Shown piece after piece: positions 27,741 to 36,899 of a stretch of 64,000 nucleotides of DNA. A program made the position numbers and the translations under genes. Below the pieces are notes generated by a model. The model had not been told where the DNA came from and searched no databases. It was given only the letters and a program-made list of their open reading frames with translations. The stretch lies in IMG/VR virus record IMGVR_UViG_3300028581_000012; one strand, 5' to 3'. This DNA is from a virus. Numbering within the stretch: the stretch's first letter is position 1; every line of letters begins with the position of its first letter.

Positions 27741-28302
27741 AATTGTCTAATATTTGTTTTTCTTCCTCTGTTAATGACTCTATCCCTTCTTCTGATATTT
27801 TATCCAAAATTTGGTCCACAGTCGGTTTCTCTTTTTTTTCTTCTCTGTTAAATGGGAATTTAATTTCACCTTCTGTTAATGGAAAAATAAATTCCATCAT
27901 CCCACTTATTCTTTTCTTTTTTTCTTCTGTTAAATCATCTTTACTTACTCCTTTAGTTTTTGTTGGTTTTTTTACTCCGTCTATATTTAAAAAATCTCTC
28001 TTCAATTTTTGTTCCATTTTAATGTCAATGTTTGATGTCACTTCCATTAAAAAATATTGCTCAACAATTTCATTCATACACATATCAACATACTCTTTCA
28101 AATCTTGAAATGTTTCTTTGGTTCTAAAGTTAATAACCATACCAAACTCACCATAGTTGAACTTCATAAATTTGGAGCTCACAACGGTAATTAATTGATA
28201 TGATACGTCATTTACGAAGGTTTCGTTGTCTGCAAAATCACCAAACATAAATAACATATATTGTTTTCCTTCTGACTCCATTTCTGTTTTCTTCTTTCTC
28301 AT
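27712..28302 (-). CDS. hypothetical protein with C-terminal 'DQILDKI..G..SLT..EK' motif
   Basis: ORF track; C-terminus resembles DUF6576-type tail. Confidence 0.7.
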   Translation of the reverse strand: MRKKKTEMESEGKQYMLFMFGDFADNETFVNDVSYQLITVVSSKFMKFNYGEFGMVINFRTKETFQDLKEYVDMCMNEIVEQYFLMEVTSNIDIKMEQKLKRDFLNIDGVKKPTKTKGVSKDDLTEEKKKRISGMMEFIFPLTEGEIKFPFNREEKKEKPTVDQILDKISEEGIESLTEEEKQILDNYGKREDRGN

Positions 28303-28359
28303 AAATATCTTTTGGTGTGGTTTCTAATTGTTCTACAAACTTAATTAAACTAAGTCCAT

Positions 28360-30732
28360 TTACAAAACTTTTGACACATTATTTTCTTTTTTTATTTTCA
28401 CAACACTATCATTCCATTGATTCACGAGCGGATTGTGACTTATAACGAAGATTTTATCAAAGTATTCTTTAATCTTAATGAAGAACTCAGCAACCATTTC
28501 CAAGTTGTCATTACTGATTTTACCGAATACCTCATCAAACACAATTACGTTGGGTTTGGGTAAACTACATATCTTACTTAACACTGAACGAAGAGCAAGG
28601 GCCGCAATTGTTCTTTCAAATCCTGAACCAGAAACCATTAGTTTTTCAATTCCTGTTCCATTATCAATCATCATAAACTCTACCTCATTTTTGTCTGAAA
28701 TTCTAATTTCAAGTTTAAAGTATGAACTATCTTCCATTAATCTTTGAAGTTCTGAGTTGATGAGTGGCATCATAGTTTTCATTATCATTTTAGAAATGCC
28801 ATTTTTACCAAATAGTTCCAAATATATTTTGTATATTTTTTCTTTTTCTTCCTCTTCTTTAATCCTTATTATCAACTTTTTGTTGTTTTCTATTTTTTCG
28901 TCAATAGTGGTGATACTAAACTTATTGTTGGATATTGTGTTATTAATATTACTTTTTTGAATTTCAAGTTCATCTAATCTTAAATCGGCTTTTATTAACA
29001 TAGATTCAATTTTTTGATTTTCTTGAATTTTATCTTGAATTTCTTCCCAACTTTTGATTTTTTGTTTTAGGTTTTCAATTTTTAAATCACAAGACTCAAC
29101 ACTTACTTCATACTTTTCTTTTATAAGTTTGTTTTTTTCATATTCATCAAACTCTTTTTTTAACTGAACAAAACTTTGTTCTTTGCGGGATAAATCCTGC
29201 ATAAGTGTCGTTTTTGTGGTTTTGTGCACGATAAGTCCATCTAACTCTGCAATTTTAGCATTTGTAATTGCGGCATTCATTAATTCAATTCCACAATGTT
29301 CACACTTGATGCCTCCTTCTACTTCAGACTTCAACTTGTTAATTGATGCAATTTCTGTATCAATATGAACTACTTCTTTATAAACCTCGTTGTATTGTTC
29401 TTTAACCTCATCGTGTTTATCCTCGTGATAAAACTCACTTGGTTCAACAACTTTAAGTTCGTTGATTTTAGAAATATAACCCTTCTTTTCAAAATCAATT
29501 GCATTGATTTCTTCTTGAGTTTTTGTTGGATTTAAAAGTAATAGTTCTTTATCAATATTAGAATGTTTTTTCTTTAACATGTCGTCACGATAAGTTTTAC
29601 CTTTTACAATCGCGTCTTCAACATTTTGTAGTTCTGAAACTTTTTCTTCAATTTGAGTTTTGATTTCTTTAATTTTTTCTTCACTTAATAAAATATCATC
29701 TTTTAATTGTTGTGAAGAATAAACGTTTGACATTTTTGATTTAGAAAAATCCCCGTAAACTTCTTTTGCAACTTCTTCTTTTTTCTTTAGAAATTCTAAT
29801 CCCATAAATCTTGAAAGGACCTGACCTCTCGCCGTTGGTTTTGCTTCCAATAATTCCTCAAGGTTTGATGCTGTTGTAAGAATGGTCATTAAGAAGTCTT
29901 CTTTTGTCCCAATAGAAGATTTGATGAACGCTTCAGTTTCTCTTCTTTGTTCTCCTGTAAAGTTTTGTAAACTCCCATCTGAAAGTTTTTTAAAGAAATC
30001 TAACTCAGTTTTTACATTCCATTCACCTTTCTTAGACATTTTACGTTCAATGTTCCTAACTATAACGTAATCCTCACCATCTATTGAAACTTCACCTTTA
30101 ACGTGTACTTTATCTTTTGTTGTAAACCTGTTAAATATTTCTTCAGCCTTTGTTGTTTTTGTTGTTTCATTAAAGAACAAAAACATTAAAAGGTCCACAG
30201 ATAAAACGGTTTTCCCGCCAAAGTTAGGTGGGTCTGACTCAACAACTACAATACCATTAAGTTTTTCAAAATCTAATTTTTGATTTTCTCCGTAAGATAA
30301 AAAGTTTGAAAACTCAATGTTTTTAATATACCACTTTTTGAATTGTGTGGTCTCTTCTTGTTTTTCTATTATTTTGTTTTCAACTATTCTATTAATTGTT
30401 AATACATCATCTAAATTAGAAAAAAGACCTCTGTTTTCCAAGAATTGTTTAATCAAACCAAGTTGGTAGTTTGTATCAGTTATGTTTACCGACACATCAA
30501 CACTTTGAGTTTCCTCCGTATTTGTTGTTTTTGCTTTAGTTAAGACATTAACATTAGTGGTGTTATACTTTTTAGAAAAGTAATGTTTAACCGACTTTAT
30601 TTTATCTTGCGTAAAGTTTTCTGGTAAATCTTCCCAAACAACTTGAATAGTTGGATTTATAAACTTTGAAAAATCAAGGTCCTTAATCATAATTTTATAG
30701 TTGAAATGTTTTGGTGGATTAAATAAATCCAT
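28360..30732 (-). CDS. sbcC: SbcC/Rad50/gp46-like SMC ATPase
   Basis: Walker A 'NFGGKT', zinc hook CEHC, signature 'SGFE', Walker B 'IVFDE', 'VISH'. Confidence 0.92.
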   Translation of the reverse strand: MDLFNPPKHFNYKIMIKDLDFSKFINPTIQVVWEDLPENFTQDKIKSVKHYFSKKYNTTNVNVLTKAKTTNTEETQSVDVSVNITDTNYQLGLIKQFLENRGLFSNLDDVLTINRIVENKIIEKQEETTQFKKWYIKNIEFSNFLSYGENQKLDFEKLNGIVVVESDPPNFGGKTVLSVDLLMFLFFNETTKTTKAEEIFNRFTTKDKVHVKGEVSIDGEDYVIVRNIERKMSKKGEWNVKTELDFFKKLSDGSLQNFTGEQRRETEAFIKSSIGTKEDFLMTILTTASNLEELLEAKPTARGQVLSRFMGLEFLKKKEEVAKEVYGDFSKSKMSNVYSSQQLKDDILLSEEKIKEIKTQIEEKVSELQNVEDAIVKGKTYRDDMLKKKHSNIDKELLLLNPTKTQEEINAIDFEKKGYISKINELKVVEPSEFYHEDKHDEVKEQYNEVYKEVVHIDTEIASINKLKSEVEGGIKCEHCGIELMNAAITNAKIAELDGLIVHKTTKTTLMQDLSRKEQSFVQLKKEFDEYEKNKLIKEKYEVSVESCDLKIENLKQKIKSWEEIQDKIQENQKIESMLIKADLRLDELEIQKSNINNTISNNKFSITTIDEKIENNKKLIIRIKEEEEKEKIYKIYLELFGKNGISKMIMKTMMPLINSELQRLMEDSSYFKLEIRISDKNEVEFMMIDNGTGIEKLMVSGSGFERTIAALALRSVLSKICSLPKPNVIVFDEVFGKISNDNLEMVAEFFIKIKEYFDKIFVISHNPLVNQWNDSVVKIKKENNVSKVL

Positions 30733-30739
30733 TTTTTAT

Positions 30740-30991
30740 TTAGTCGTTTTCGGTTACATTGTGAAATCCAGCAACTTCAATTTTTGAACCATCAGGTAGT
30801 GTAGTATCTAAATCTTCATTTAAATCATTTGATTCAGTATCTCCGCTAATTTCGGAAAAACTTTCTTTTAATTCCTCCATCTTTTTTTCAAACATTTCAT
30901 TCCATTTTTTCTTTAAAATGTTTTCTTCGTGTTTTACTCTGTTGTTTCTTTTTTGAACTTTTGCTTTATGTGCTTTTGCCGCTTTTCCCAT
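30740..30991 (-). CDS. hypothetical protein (basic N-terminus, acidic C-terminus)
   Basis: ORF track. Confidence 0.65.
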   Translation of the reverse strand: MGKAAKAHKAKVQKRNNRVKHEENILKKKWNEMFEKKMEELKESFSEISGDTESNDLNEDLDTTLPDGSKIEVAGFHNVTEND

Positions 30992-31011
30992 TTTTATATT
31001 ATTTAATTATT

Positions 31012-31359
31012 TTATTGATTACTAGGTCTGTTTTGTTCATACCACTCAACAATTGCATTGATTGCCCAAACGGCCCCTGATGATAGTATTCCGTCAAAAA
31101 ACCAAGAACACCATAAGGGTGTGTTAAACATAACATTTGTTGGTGAATAAATCAACAGGGATAATACAAACCCTCCCCAAGTTGAAAAACACATAGGGCA
31201 AGATAATATTCCTGAAATAAATTCACCTAAAGAACTTAAAGGTGTATATTTGTTTTCACCCCATTTATGGAAAAAATTCCTTAATCCTTGAAAGATTGAA
31301 CCATAAACCATTATGTTCATCAAACCATAACTTAAAATAAACCAAACTACAATACTCAT
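31012..31359 (-). CDS. membrane protein, DUF1360-like (CPxC)
   Basis: 'ILSCPMCFSTW' within hydrophobic segments. Confidence 0.65.
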   Translation of the reverse strand: MSIVVWFILSYGLMNIMVYGSIFQGLRNFFHKWGENKYTPLSSLGEFISGILSCPMCFSTWGGFVLSLLIYSPTNVMFNTPLWCSWFFDGILSSGAVWAINAIVEWYEQNRPSNQ

Positions 31360-31371
31360 ATTTTTTATTTT

Positions 31372-32016
31372 TTAACTGTTTAGATTAGAACTACCATGAA
31401 ATCTAGCATTTATAAAACTATTATTCTTTGATTGTTCTGATAACTTTTTTTCTAATTCTTTATTTTTATTTTTTAATTCTCTTATCTCTTCATTCAATTT
31501 TTGAATTGTTTGTTGAAAAAGAGCAACTTTATCATCCCCCACATTTTGTTTAGAAATGTCTAAACTTTGTCTAAGTTTGTCTAATTCTTCATTTTTTTTA
31601 GACATTTCGTTTTCCAACTGTTGTATTTTTAACAACAGTTCATTTTCACCACTTTTGTCACTTATATATTCAATTTTTGTGACAACTTTTTCTACTGGAA
31701 CTTCAACAATCTTTTCAACTTCTTTAATGACCTCAACAATTTTCTCCACCTCTTTTATCACTTCAACAGGAATTTCCACTCGTTTTTCAACAATTAACTC
31801 CTTTATTACCTGTTTTTCTTCAATACTACTCGTTTTTAAGTCTTTTTCACTATCATTAAGTGTTTTTCCCAAAAGTCCATATCTTTTAATATCGAACCCT
31901 TGTTTAAAACATAGATACATGAAGTTGTCAATATCTTTTATATTTTCATCTTCACAAAATGCAAAAACCGTCTGAAATATTTCCTTACTAAATATTTTGG
32001 AGTTTTTCTGTTCCAT
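31372..32016 (-). CDS. coiled-coil protein with EVIKEVEKIV repeats
   Basis: ORF track; start at MEQKNS. Confidence 0.7.
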   Translation of the reverse strand: MEQKNSKIFSKEIFQTVFAFCEDENIKDIDNFMYLCFKQGFDIKRYGLLGKTLNDSEKDLKTSSIEEKQVIKELIVEKRVEIPVEVIKEVEKIVEVIKEVEKIVEVPVEKVVTKIEYISDKSGENELLLKIQQLENEMSKKNEELDKLRQSLDISKQNVGDDKVALFQQTIQKLNEEIRELKNKNKELEKKLSEQSKNNSFINARFHGSSNLNS

Positions 32017-32018
32017 TT

Positions 32019-32645
32019 TCAATATCTTTTTTCTAAATTTTCAAACCACCATAAAGGTTGTAAATTCGTATAATGACATAAGTCATATATTTCATCTTGT
32101 GTTTTACCACTTATGAGTGGAATAATATGGTCAATGTGCCACCCATTTAGACCATAGTTTTCCCAACTCATCCCTTCTTTGAATTGTTTTTCAAGGTGTT
32201 CTTTTAATTTAATTGGTTCACACCCAACTATGTCAAATGTTGAGTTACTTTTTGTTATGTTTTTACTTTTTAAAAAATTCTTAATCCTACTTCTAACATT
32301 ACACCTTATTTTAAAAACATCGTCATATTTTTTTCTCTCTTTAGCGTAATTATTAATTTTTTCTTTATTATTTTCTCGATATTTTTTAGCTCGTATTTTT
32401 TGTTCGTCTTTAGTTTTTTCTCTGTATTTTTTCTTAGTCTCTTTGTGTTTTTTAAGATTTCTGAAATACGTTTCTTTGTTCCAATTGTTAATTTTTTCTT
32501 TATTTATTTTTCTGTAAGAATTAATTCTAATTCTTGTGCAAATTTTACATTCATTTCTTACACCATCTTTTGAGTCTTTTCTTAAATGAAAATCATTTAA
32601 GGTTTTTTCAATATTACAAATGTTACAAATCTTTGTATTTTTCAT
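32019..32645 (-). CDS. HNH homing-type endonuclease
   Basis: CxxC..CxxC N-terminus; 'WHIDHIIPL..CHYTNLQPLW..ENLEK'. Confidence 0.85.
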   Translation of the reverse strand: MKNTKICNICNIEKTLNDFHLRKDSKDGVRNECKICTRIRINSYRKINKEKINNWNKETYFRNLKKHKETKKKYREKTKDEQKIRAKKYRENNKEKINNYAKERKKYDDVFKIRCNVRSRIKNFLKSKNITKSNSTFDIVGCEPIKLKEHLEKQFKEGMSWENYGLNGWHIDHIIPLISGKTQDEIYDLCHYTNLQPLWWFENLEKRY

Positions 32646-32784
32646 TTTTATAATCTTTAAGAAGTTTATTTACTAATGAAGACAAGTTAATGTGTAAAGA
32701 ACGATAAAATTTTAATAATTCAGGTTCAAGCGCAACCGATACTTTTGTTTTTTTATCTTCATCTTTTATTTTCAATCTTCCCAT
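32623..32784 (-). CDS. 53-aa ribbon-helix-helix-like protein, not in ORF track
   Basis: Translated by hand: MGRLKIKDEDKKTKVSVALEPELL..INLSSLVNKLL. Confidence 0.65.
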   Translation of the reverse strand: MGRLKIKDEDKKTKVSVALEPELLKFYRSLHINLSSLVNKLLKDYKNEKYKDL

Positions 32785-32829
32785 ATAATATAAATATCTT
32801 AATAAATTAAAAAGTGTGAATATTATTAA

Positions 32830-33609
32830 TTAAATATTTAATAATTTTTCAGTTCCATTTTCAATATCTTCAAATGAATTAATTGAAAATTTTAAAAAAG
32901 GTTTAGGGTTTGGTAAATCGACATAAGAATATTCTTTTGTGTTAACATCATAAATTCCATAACCATGTCTTCCAATACTTTCTCCAATGTTCTGTTGAAT
33001 TGGTGAACCGACCATATATCCTTTTCCTGTTTTGAATTTGAACTCTTGTCTTTTGTGAATATCTCCACATAAGACAACTTCAAGACCATCAAACTTTTCA
33101 ACATCGTATGCTTCTTCACCAAAGTCAAACCCTAAATCAGTTTTCATTCCTTGTATTGGTCCGTGAAATAAACCAATTCTCACACCTTTAGCATCTGTAA
33201 TATCTGGTGGAATGTTTCCTTGAAATTGCGAATATACGCACCAACTAATATTGTCGTCCTCATAAACACCTCTATCTTTATAATAAACAATATTCTTACT
33301 ATTCAAGGAATTGATAATTGGTGATAACGCATCCAATCTATCTAAATTATTTAAAATTGCATCATGGTTTCCAGGTATAATAATTGTTTTACAAATAAAC
33401 GAACATTCAGTTAAAACCCATCTAACCATTTCAATAAGTTCAGGTGTCATTTGATTTTTAGAATGAACAAGGTCACCGGTAAAAATAATTCTATCGGGCC
33501 CCAATTCTTTCCATTGTTCAATTGCGTTTTCCAAAATTGACCTATACAAATCGTGGTCTTTGAAAAGACGAATATGTAAATCTGAAAAGTGAACTAGTTT
33601 TTTAATCAT
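32830..33609 (-). CDS. sbcD: SbcD/Mre11/gp47-like metallophosphoesterase nuclease
   Basis: SDLH, TGDLVH, PGNHD, FHG, GDIH, 'GSPIQQNIGE'. Confidence 0.9.
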   Translation of the reverse strand: MIKKLVHFSDLHIRLFKDHDLYRSILENAIEQWKELGPDRIIFTGDLVHSKNQMTPELIEMVRWVLTECSFICKTIIIPGNHDAILNNLDRLDALSPIINSLNSKNIVYYKDRGVYEDDNISWCVYSQFQGNIPPDITDAKGVRIGLFHGPIQGMKTDLGFDFGEEAYDVEKFDGLEVVLCGDIHKRQEFKFKTGKGYMVGSPIQQNIGESIGRHGYGIYDVNTKEYSYVDLPNPKPFLKFSINSFEDIENGTEKLLNI

Positions 33610-33844
33610 TTAATTGTGTTTTATCTCCGCAGTATATTTCGTATGGTGGTTTGAATGGGTCATCATTTTTTGGAAAAGGGTTAATTGGTATTGGTACGCG
33701 GTATGGTTCAGTTATTCCAATCTTTGGTTCATCTTTTACTTCCCCCATTTTTTCCACAATAGGTGTGATATCTATGTGTTTGTTTTCAAGTTTACCGGTT
33801 AAATACCCTTCTAACCAAATATAAAATTCTTTATAACTTAACAT
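33602..33844 (-). CDS. hypothetical protein ('FYIWLEGY')
   Basis: ORF track. Confidence 0.65.
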   Translation of the reverse strand: MLSYKEFYIWLEGYLTGKLENKHIDITPIVEKMGEVKDEPKIGITEPYRVPIPINPFPKNDDPFKPPYEIYCGDKTQLND

Positions 33845-33987
33845 AATTCTCTACAATAAAGGTTTGCCAATACAATTCTTGCGAACTTAAATTCTTTTGC
33901 TCTGTTTAATTTTAATCCATAAGCAAGTGCCACAGTTTTAAGGTGAGGATATGCTTGTGATACTGTCATTTTTCCTATTTCTATCAT
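33838..33987 (-). CDS. small hypothetical protein (49 aa), not in ORF track
   Basis: Translated by hand; overlaps both neighbours as in an operon. Confidence 0.55.
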   Translation of the reverse strand: MIEIGKMTVSQAYPHLKTVALAYGLKLNRAKEFKFARIVLANLYCRELC

Positions 33988-34202
33988 TTTTCAAATAATT
34001 GTAAGTCTTTGTTAACGTGACCACAATCATTACACATATATGTTGGAAATGGTACAATCGTATCTTCGTGACTACCTGTTAGTAATTTTGAAACTTTTTT
34101 TAATAAAGTAATTTCTTTAAAGTATGTTGATTCACACTTTTCACACTTGACGGTTTCTTGCTGTCGTAAGTCTATTTTGGGTCTAATAATTTCTTCACTC
34201 AT
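33984..34202 (-). CDS. zinc-ribbon protein
   Basis: CEKC...CNDCGH. Confidence 0.75.
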   Translation of the reverse strand: MSEEIIRPKIDLRQQETVKCEKCESTYFKEITLLKKVSKLLTGSHEDTIVPFPTYMCNDCGHVNKDLQLFEK

Positions 34203-34205
34203 AAT

Positions 34206-34454
34206 TTAATAATTTACAATTTCTTCTTCCTCGTTGGAGTATTTTTGTTTTATCATTTCAGTATTGAATGTAAATTCATCCACTAAATTAGACTCAGAAC
34301 CACCTTCAATGGTTTCTTCATACATTATTTGATTGAAATGTTCAAGAATTTCTTCTTCACTTTTTCCTTGTAAGTTTGGATAATCCTCCAAATTAATTTC
34401 AATCGGCCCATAGGATTCAAAAACCGAATAAGTTTTGGTCATATAAATTTTCAT
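34206..34454 (-). CDS. hypothetical acidic protein
   Basis: ORF track. Confidence 0.65.
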   Translation of the reverse strand: MKIYMTKTYSVFESYGPIEINLEDYPNLQGKSEEEILEHFNQIMYEETIEGGSESNLVDEFTFNTEMIKQKYSNEEEEIVNY

Positions 34455-34559
34455 TTGATTATATAATTAACGTTTATTTTAAATTTTATTAAATGGTCCC
34501 AACTTGTTGTTGTGTACCATAGTGGTGTAATATTTTTTTCCATACTAAAAGATAATTTA

Positions 34560-35426
34560 TTAATTTATTTTTGTCAAATACTTTGTCATATCCATTTTTA
34601 AAATAATATCAACAACTTCTTTTGGAATGCGGTATTCTTTAAACTCAGTATCTTCTTTTAAATGCACAATTACCCCTCCAAGTAATGGTGTATTTTCATA
34701 TTTACTACCTTCTAACATTTTCAAAAGTAATTTACCATAAAAAGGTAATTGTGTGTTGTAATGTCCAAGAGCATTATTTGGAAGGTTTTCAAATGGTTTT
34801 TTCATAGGTTTTGTAAAATTATTAATCTCCATATTTTTTTCCTTATTTGTTTTCCAATCTGTAATCACAAACCCAAAACCGGTTTTTTGTTTATTAAACA
34901 TAATCCAAACCTTATCAGGTTGACCGGTATAACCAAGTTCGGGATGACCTAAAACAATTTCCGTATCAAGTAATACAGCACCTCTTTCTTCCATAAGTGA
35001 TAAAAACTTTTTACCACCCTTAATCATTTTATCCCCTTTCATAACAAGTTCCAAATCACATTCAAAAAGTGGTTGTCTAACTTCCTTATCAATTTTGAAT
35101 CTGTTTATTGTTTCCAATTCCAACTCATAGTGAACTCTACTTCCCATATTAGTTGATATTAAACCACTTTGTTTCCATTCTTCTAAATAGGTATGAGTCA
35201 AATATGGGTCACCTTTTGCCATTCTTCTTGCAACTTCCTCTGATGGAAATTCATCATAAAACAATTTCATAACTTTTGATACAGATGGAAAGTCGTCTCT
35301 TACTTCACCATTAATATCCAACATAGTATATCTATGTTTATCTTCTTCAAAAGTTAATTGAAACTCACTTTGTTTTTGAGTTATTATTTCTCTTATTTCT
35401 TTTGCTATTTTTTTTAAATCTATCAT
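34560..35426 (-). CDS. PD-(D/E)XK exonuclease (RecB/Cas4-like family)
   Basis: 'GSRVH', 'TGQPD', 'TDWKT', 'QLPFY'. Confidence 0.85.
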   Translation of the reverse strand: MIDLKKIAKEIREIITQKQSEFQLTFEEDKHRYTMLDINGEVRDDFPSVSKVMKLFYDEFPSEEVARRMAKGDPYLTHTYLEEWKQSGLISTNMGSRVHYELELETINRFKIDKEVRQPLFECDLELVMKGDKMIKGGKKFLSLMEERGAVLLDTEIVLGHPELGYTGQPDKVWIMFNKQKTGFGFVITDWKTNKEKNMEINNFTKPMKKPFENLPNNALGHYNTQLPFYGKLLLKMLEGSKYENTPLLGGVIVHLKEDTEFKEYRIPKEVVDIILKMDMTKYLTKIN

Positions 35427-36340
35427 TTGAATTCTACGTAATATTTTTCAATGTCACCTCTAAGGTCACATACATCTTTATCTTTTGGTAGTTTTACTAA
35501 CTTTACTCTATTGTAAAGTGCACCACCATTTAATTTATCATATAAGTTTTTTGCGTCAGTGTAAGCATCACCATCCAAACAAACTATTATATTCTTTTTT
35601 GCTTTGGTATATAATTTTTCCCAAAGATTGTCATTTAAAAACTTTCCTAATAAACAAATAGAATTATCTAAAAAGAAACTATCAAACACCCCCTCAACCA
35701 AGTATATGTCTTTTTTCCAATCAATTAAACTTTCATTAAAAATTAGAAAATCCTTTGATGCTTCGGGGTTTTTGTATTTTAATTTACTTCGTGGGTTCCA
35801 AGACCTTGATACAAAAAAGTTGAGTTCTCCTTTTTTATCAAACGAGGGGACTACTATTCTTCCTGCATATTCACCTTCCAAACAGAAACCAATTTGATAT
35901 TTTTCAATTATATAATCGGAAATTCCCCGTTTATGTAGGTAATTTATGGCTTCTTTTCTTGGAATATGGAGTGGGTGGACCTCATCAAACTTTTTGTATT
36001 CTTTTGGTAGTTCAAGTTTTTTATAAACCTTTTCTTTTTTTTCAAACTCATCGGGTCTGATTAACTTATAGATTTTTTTATCTTTTTTTGAACCAAACTT
36101 ATCAATAAGTTTTCCTAAATGTCCGTGAGTACCGTGTGTTTCAGAACAACCCCAGCATTTATAAACGTGTTGTTGATAATTGATTTCAAGATTACCTTTT
36201 CCATCTGTCTTATCCATTCCTTTTATCTCGTGTGAACATACAGGACAATCTACCGAAATTTGTCCTCTAATTTCATTTACCATCTTTGGTTCTCCAAAAA
36301 TGTTTGTTATAAGGTCTATGATTAATTCTTCAGCTTCCAC
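35423..36340 (-). CDS. DNA primase (DnaG-type)
   Basis: Zn finger CPVC..CWGC; TOPRIM 'LVEGVFD', 'CLDGDA', 'KDVCD'. Confidence 0.88.
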   Translation of the reverse strand: MEAEELIIDLITNIFGEPKMVNEIRGQISVDCPVCSHEIKGMDKTDGKGNLEINYQQHVYKCWGCSETHGTHGHLGKLIDKFGSKKDKKIYKLIRPDEFEKKEKVYKKLELPKEYKKFDEVHPLHIPRKEAINYLHKRGISDYIIEKYQIGFCLEGEYAGRIVVPSFDKKGELNFFVSRSWNPRSKLKYKNPEASKDFLIFNESLIDWKKDIYLVEGVFDSFFLDNSICLLGKFLNDNLWEKLYTKAKKNIIVCLDGDAYTDAKNLYDKLNGGALYNRVKLVKLPKDKDVCDLRGDIEKYYVEFK

Positions 36341-36379
36341 CCTTTAAAGATAAGAATTATAGGGTAAATGTCAATTAAC

Positions 36380-36407
36380 AAAAAAACCCACCTTTGAGGG
36401 GTGGGTT
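36380..36407 (-). terminator. intrinsic terminator
   Basis: AACCCACC/GGTGGGTT stem with U-tract on minus strand. Confidence 0.7.
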
Positions 36408-36425
36408 ACTCTAATTTTATTTTAT

Positions 36426-36899
36426 TTACCTATTTCCATCAAAAAAAATCAATTCTTGTCTACAAAATAATTGATAATTTTTTTTCTTACCGTCAGTTTT
36501 AACCATTATTCTTTGTTCATAATCAACCCTACCATTCACGTCCATATTTTCTGTTGCAGTTCCCCCTTTTACTAATTTTTGTGTCGCCGTAAAACCAAAA
36601 GTTTGACCTGGTTGTACTACAAAAGGTAATTGTTTGTCAGGTCTAATTCTCATATTATCGTTCATAGGTTGAATATCGTATATTGTGATAGGTAATGACC
36701 CAGCATTTTTAACTCCTGTAAACTTAAAATCAATTGTGTCTCCAAATTCAACAAGAGTTTTACGTGGATTTATAACTTGCAATTGTCCCGTTAATGGTCC
36801 CGCATTTCCTCCCATCATTCCAGGATTAGATTGTTCTAAAACAATTCTTCTAACAATTCTTGTTAAATCTGATTCTGTTAATCTTACTATTCTTTTCAT
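36426..36899 (-). CDS. leader-bearing protein with Ig-like (DUF1573/ASPM-like) beta domain
   Basis: MKRIVRLTESDL leader; 'KNAGSLPITI..VVQPGQT..VKTD'. Confidence 0.65.
   Translation of the reverse strand: MKRIVRLTESDLTRIVRRIVLEQSNPGMMGGNAGPLTGQLQVINPRKTLVEFGDTIDFKFTGVKNAGSLPITIYDIQPMNDNMRIRPDKQLPFVVQPGQTFGFTATQKLVKGGTATENMDVNGRVDYEQRIMVKTDGKKKNYQLFCRQELIFFDGNR

Noticed and set aside
34560-35426. Cas4-like nuclease as evidence of CRISPR-Cas
   Set aside because: No array or other cas genes, and no Fe-S cysteine cluster; its position next to primase fits a replication/recombination exonuclease.
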